DNA of 64,000 nucleotides, taken from positions 24,117,504-24,181,503 of the forward strand of contig OZ037765.1 of NCBI GenBank assembly GCA_964035545.1. The letters run 5' to 3'. The position numbers and the translations under genes are program-made. Source of the stretch: Bugula neritina (taxonomy: Eukaryota; Animalia; Bryozoa). The notes beneath the pieces were generated by a model that ran no database searches, was not told the origin of the DNA, and saw only the letters and a program-made list of their open reading frames with translations. Positions 62,301 through 64,000 of this stretch are shown here, in pieces; positions within the stretch are counted from its first letter, which is position 1; each line of letters starts with the position of its first letter.

Positions 62301-63961
62301 TTATACAATAAAATGTTAGTAAATTACCACATTATCCATGAAATGTTCTTTTTTTATAATTTTCTTCTAAGTAAAACATTGCTTATGTTTTTTGAAGATG
62401 TTTTTATGCCAATACTTCTTGGTTTTATATGTGGGTTTATAACTATGTGGTTTTGGCATATACTGTTACGCATCACCCACTGCACTGGAGATTGTTTGTG
62501 GTTAGATATTTTTCCAAATTAATAATACTTTAATATAATATGTTTCGCTTTGATGTTATTTTCACCAAAATGGCTTTAACCTGAAATCAATATTTAGTTC
62601 AATGCCTAATAATTGATGTTTGTAGAGCTTCAAATGCTACTCTCTCTGGGTTGCCTAGTGCATCAGATATTTGCTCAACAAGCAGTACCTCATCATTTTC
62701 TGATAGAAATAATTCAACATTCAACAATCCAACATCAAGAAGGTATGTGTATATGGTTCCACGATATAGTCTACTCTTTCAATTAATTTTATATTTGAAA
62801 AGAAATTCCGAAGATTGTATAAACATATTATATGTTGTTGTTGAGTTGATTCTTGTATTTCCCCTAATGTCATTGTTCTAGACCCAAAAGTGTTGGAAGA
62901 GGAAAATCACCATTTATTTTTGAAAAGCCGAGGATTATACAAACATCTGGAGACTCTGATAGTGGAGTAGAGAGCGGCAATAAGATGTTTAGGCCCCAAA
63001 CTCAACCTGCTGGAGATCGAGTGGTTTGTTTTTATTGTAATAGTTCAGCACCAGATCAATTATTAATCCTAATAACATTTTTGATCACAGATGAATGAGT
63101 TTGTCATCAGGAAATAATATAACTGGTTTCAAGGTTCATTTTTTGAACAAGTTCTGCAAGCTGCAATATTTGAAGATAATGAACTTTACCTCCCAGAAAG
63201 AGTCAAGACAAATAGGAAAGATACAACAAGGACTAGAAATTAGTTGTCTCTTGCTCATTCGCGAGTCTTTTCATTTGACAAGCCTCTTTTTCAAGTGTTT
63301 CAGTTGAAGGTTTTATTTTAGATTTGTTATCAAGTTTAGCACGAATCACAAATAACATTTAGAATGCACTTTGTAGGGCGAGGTGGCTGGTTTCCAGAAC
63401 TTTGAGATTATGGGCACTGCACCTCTTACTTTAGAAAACACGCCAGAAGACTTTGATATTCGATCAACCAACGTTCGAGAGCTTAAACTCTTGAAAGAGG
63501 GTAAATTGAAAAAACCACCAAAGAAGGTACATGACTGAATCCCAACTCATCTTATTAATCAGCATGCATATATGGACTGTAGTACCATGTGACTGTAACA
63601 GTGTGTGACCATATATAACTTTATTCTAGTCTGAAGCAATCAAAGTTATAATAACTTTTATGTAATTTGAATGATGGATAATTCCCATCATGGCTTTATG
63701 TGTGATTTAATCTATTATAATGATGGCTGTAAAGCTTGCTTCATGTTGACATTTCCACAGGAAAACATTTTGCTGAAAGGTTTGGCATTCCAAAATAAAG
63801 AAGATATCCCTGTTGTGCGTCAGCTAGTTTGCCGAGATGGAAGTATCGAAGATATGGAGGGAAGTGTGATATTGAATAGTCCTACTAATAACTGGTGTAC
63901 TCCACATCCTAATTCTCACTTCAACTGGGATACACTTTCATCACAGTCAGCTCAAAGGTGA
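56335..63961 (+). CDS. EXD1: Exonuclease domain-containing 1 (piRNA biogenesis factor) with long low-complexity C-terminus
   Basis: N-terminal Sm-like segment MAAYIGHTVTLELKNDGGKYCGRL. DEDDy-like domain IGVAFTGANIGRDGELFWIQ / VYLFDV / KVTYDCRWISDLLFHQYNVKILNVFDVQVA / WATRPL. Exons remain in frame to TGA 63959-63961, though the gene could instead splice onward at AG|gtgaaa. Confidence 0.85.
61586..61825 (+). repeat. Coding 33-bp tandem repeat (7 units plus a partial) in EXD1
   Basis: PARSPNGQSNM / PASSPNRQSNM / PANNSNGQPNI / PARSSNRQSNM / HARSPNGQPNI / PASSPNGQSNM / PAHSPNGPPNI / PAS. Confidence 0.95.
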
Positions 63962-64000
63962 AAATCTCAAGTTGTATTAAAAACTTGAAGCATAAATTTC

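Overview
AT-rich eukaryotic (animal) genomic DNA with short spliceosomal introns and dense gene packing. It is probably a compact-genome invertebrate; the taxon cannot be fixed from the sequence. I reconstructed eight intron-containing protein genes by hand: MFSD13A/TMEM180 (+), FAM136A (-), POLR3A (-), SF1 (+), calcineurin A/PPP3C (-), PBLD (+), a KCNE-like single-pass membrane protein (+, single coding exon) and the piRNA factor EXD1 (+). The window also holds two tRNA-derived SINE copies, two MITE families and a 33-bp coding tandem repeat. Main findings: (1) calcineurin A carries a second, diverged, phase-compatible copy of its calmodulin-binding exon, a candidate mutually exclusive exon pair, with in-frame cassette exons upstream and a possible RNA-pairing switch; (2) 3/6-bp-periodic ACT/AGT-rich tracts sit at the 5' end of every apparently broadly or germline-expressed gene but are absent from the one TATA-box gene; (3) an invertebrate KCNE-like protein. 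All splice models are inferred from genomic sequence only and need RNA-seq confirmation.
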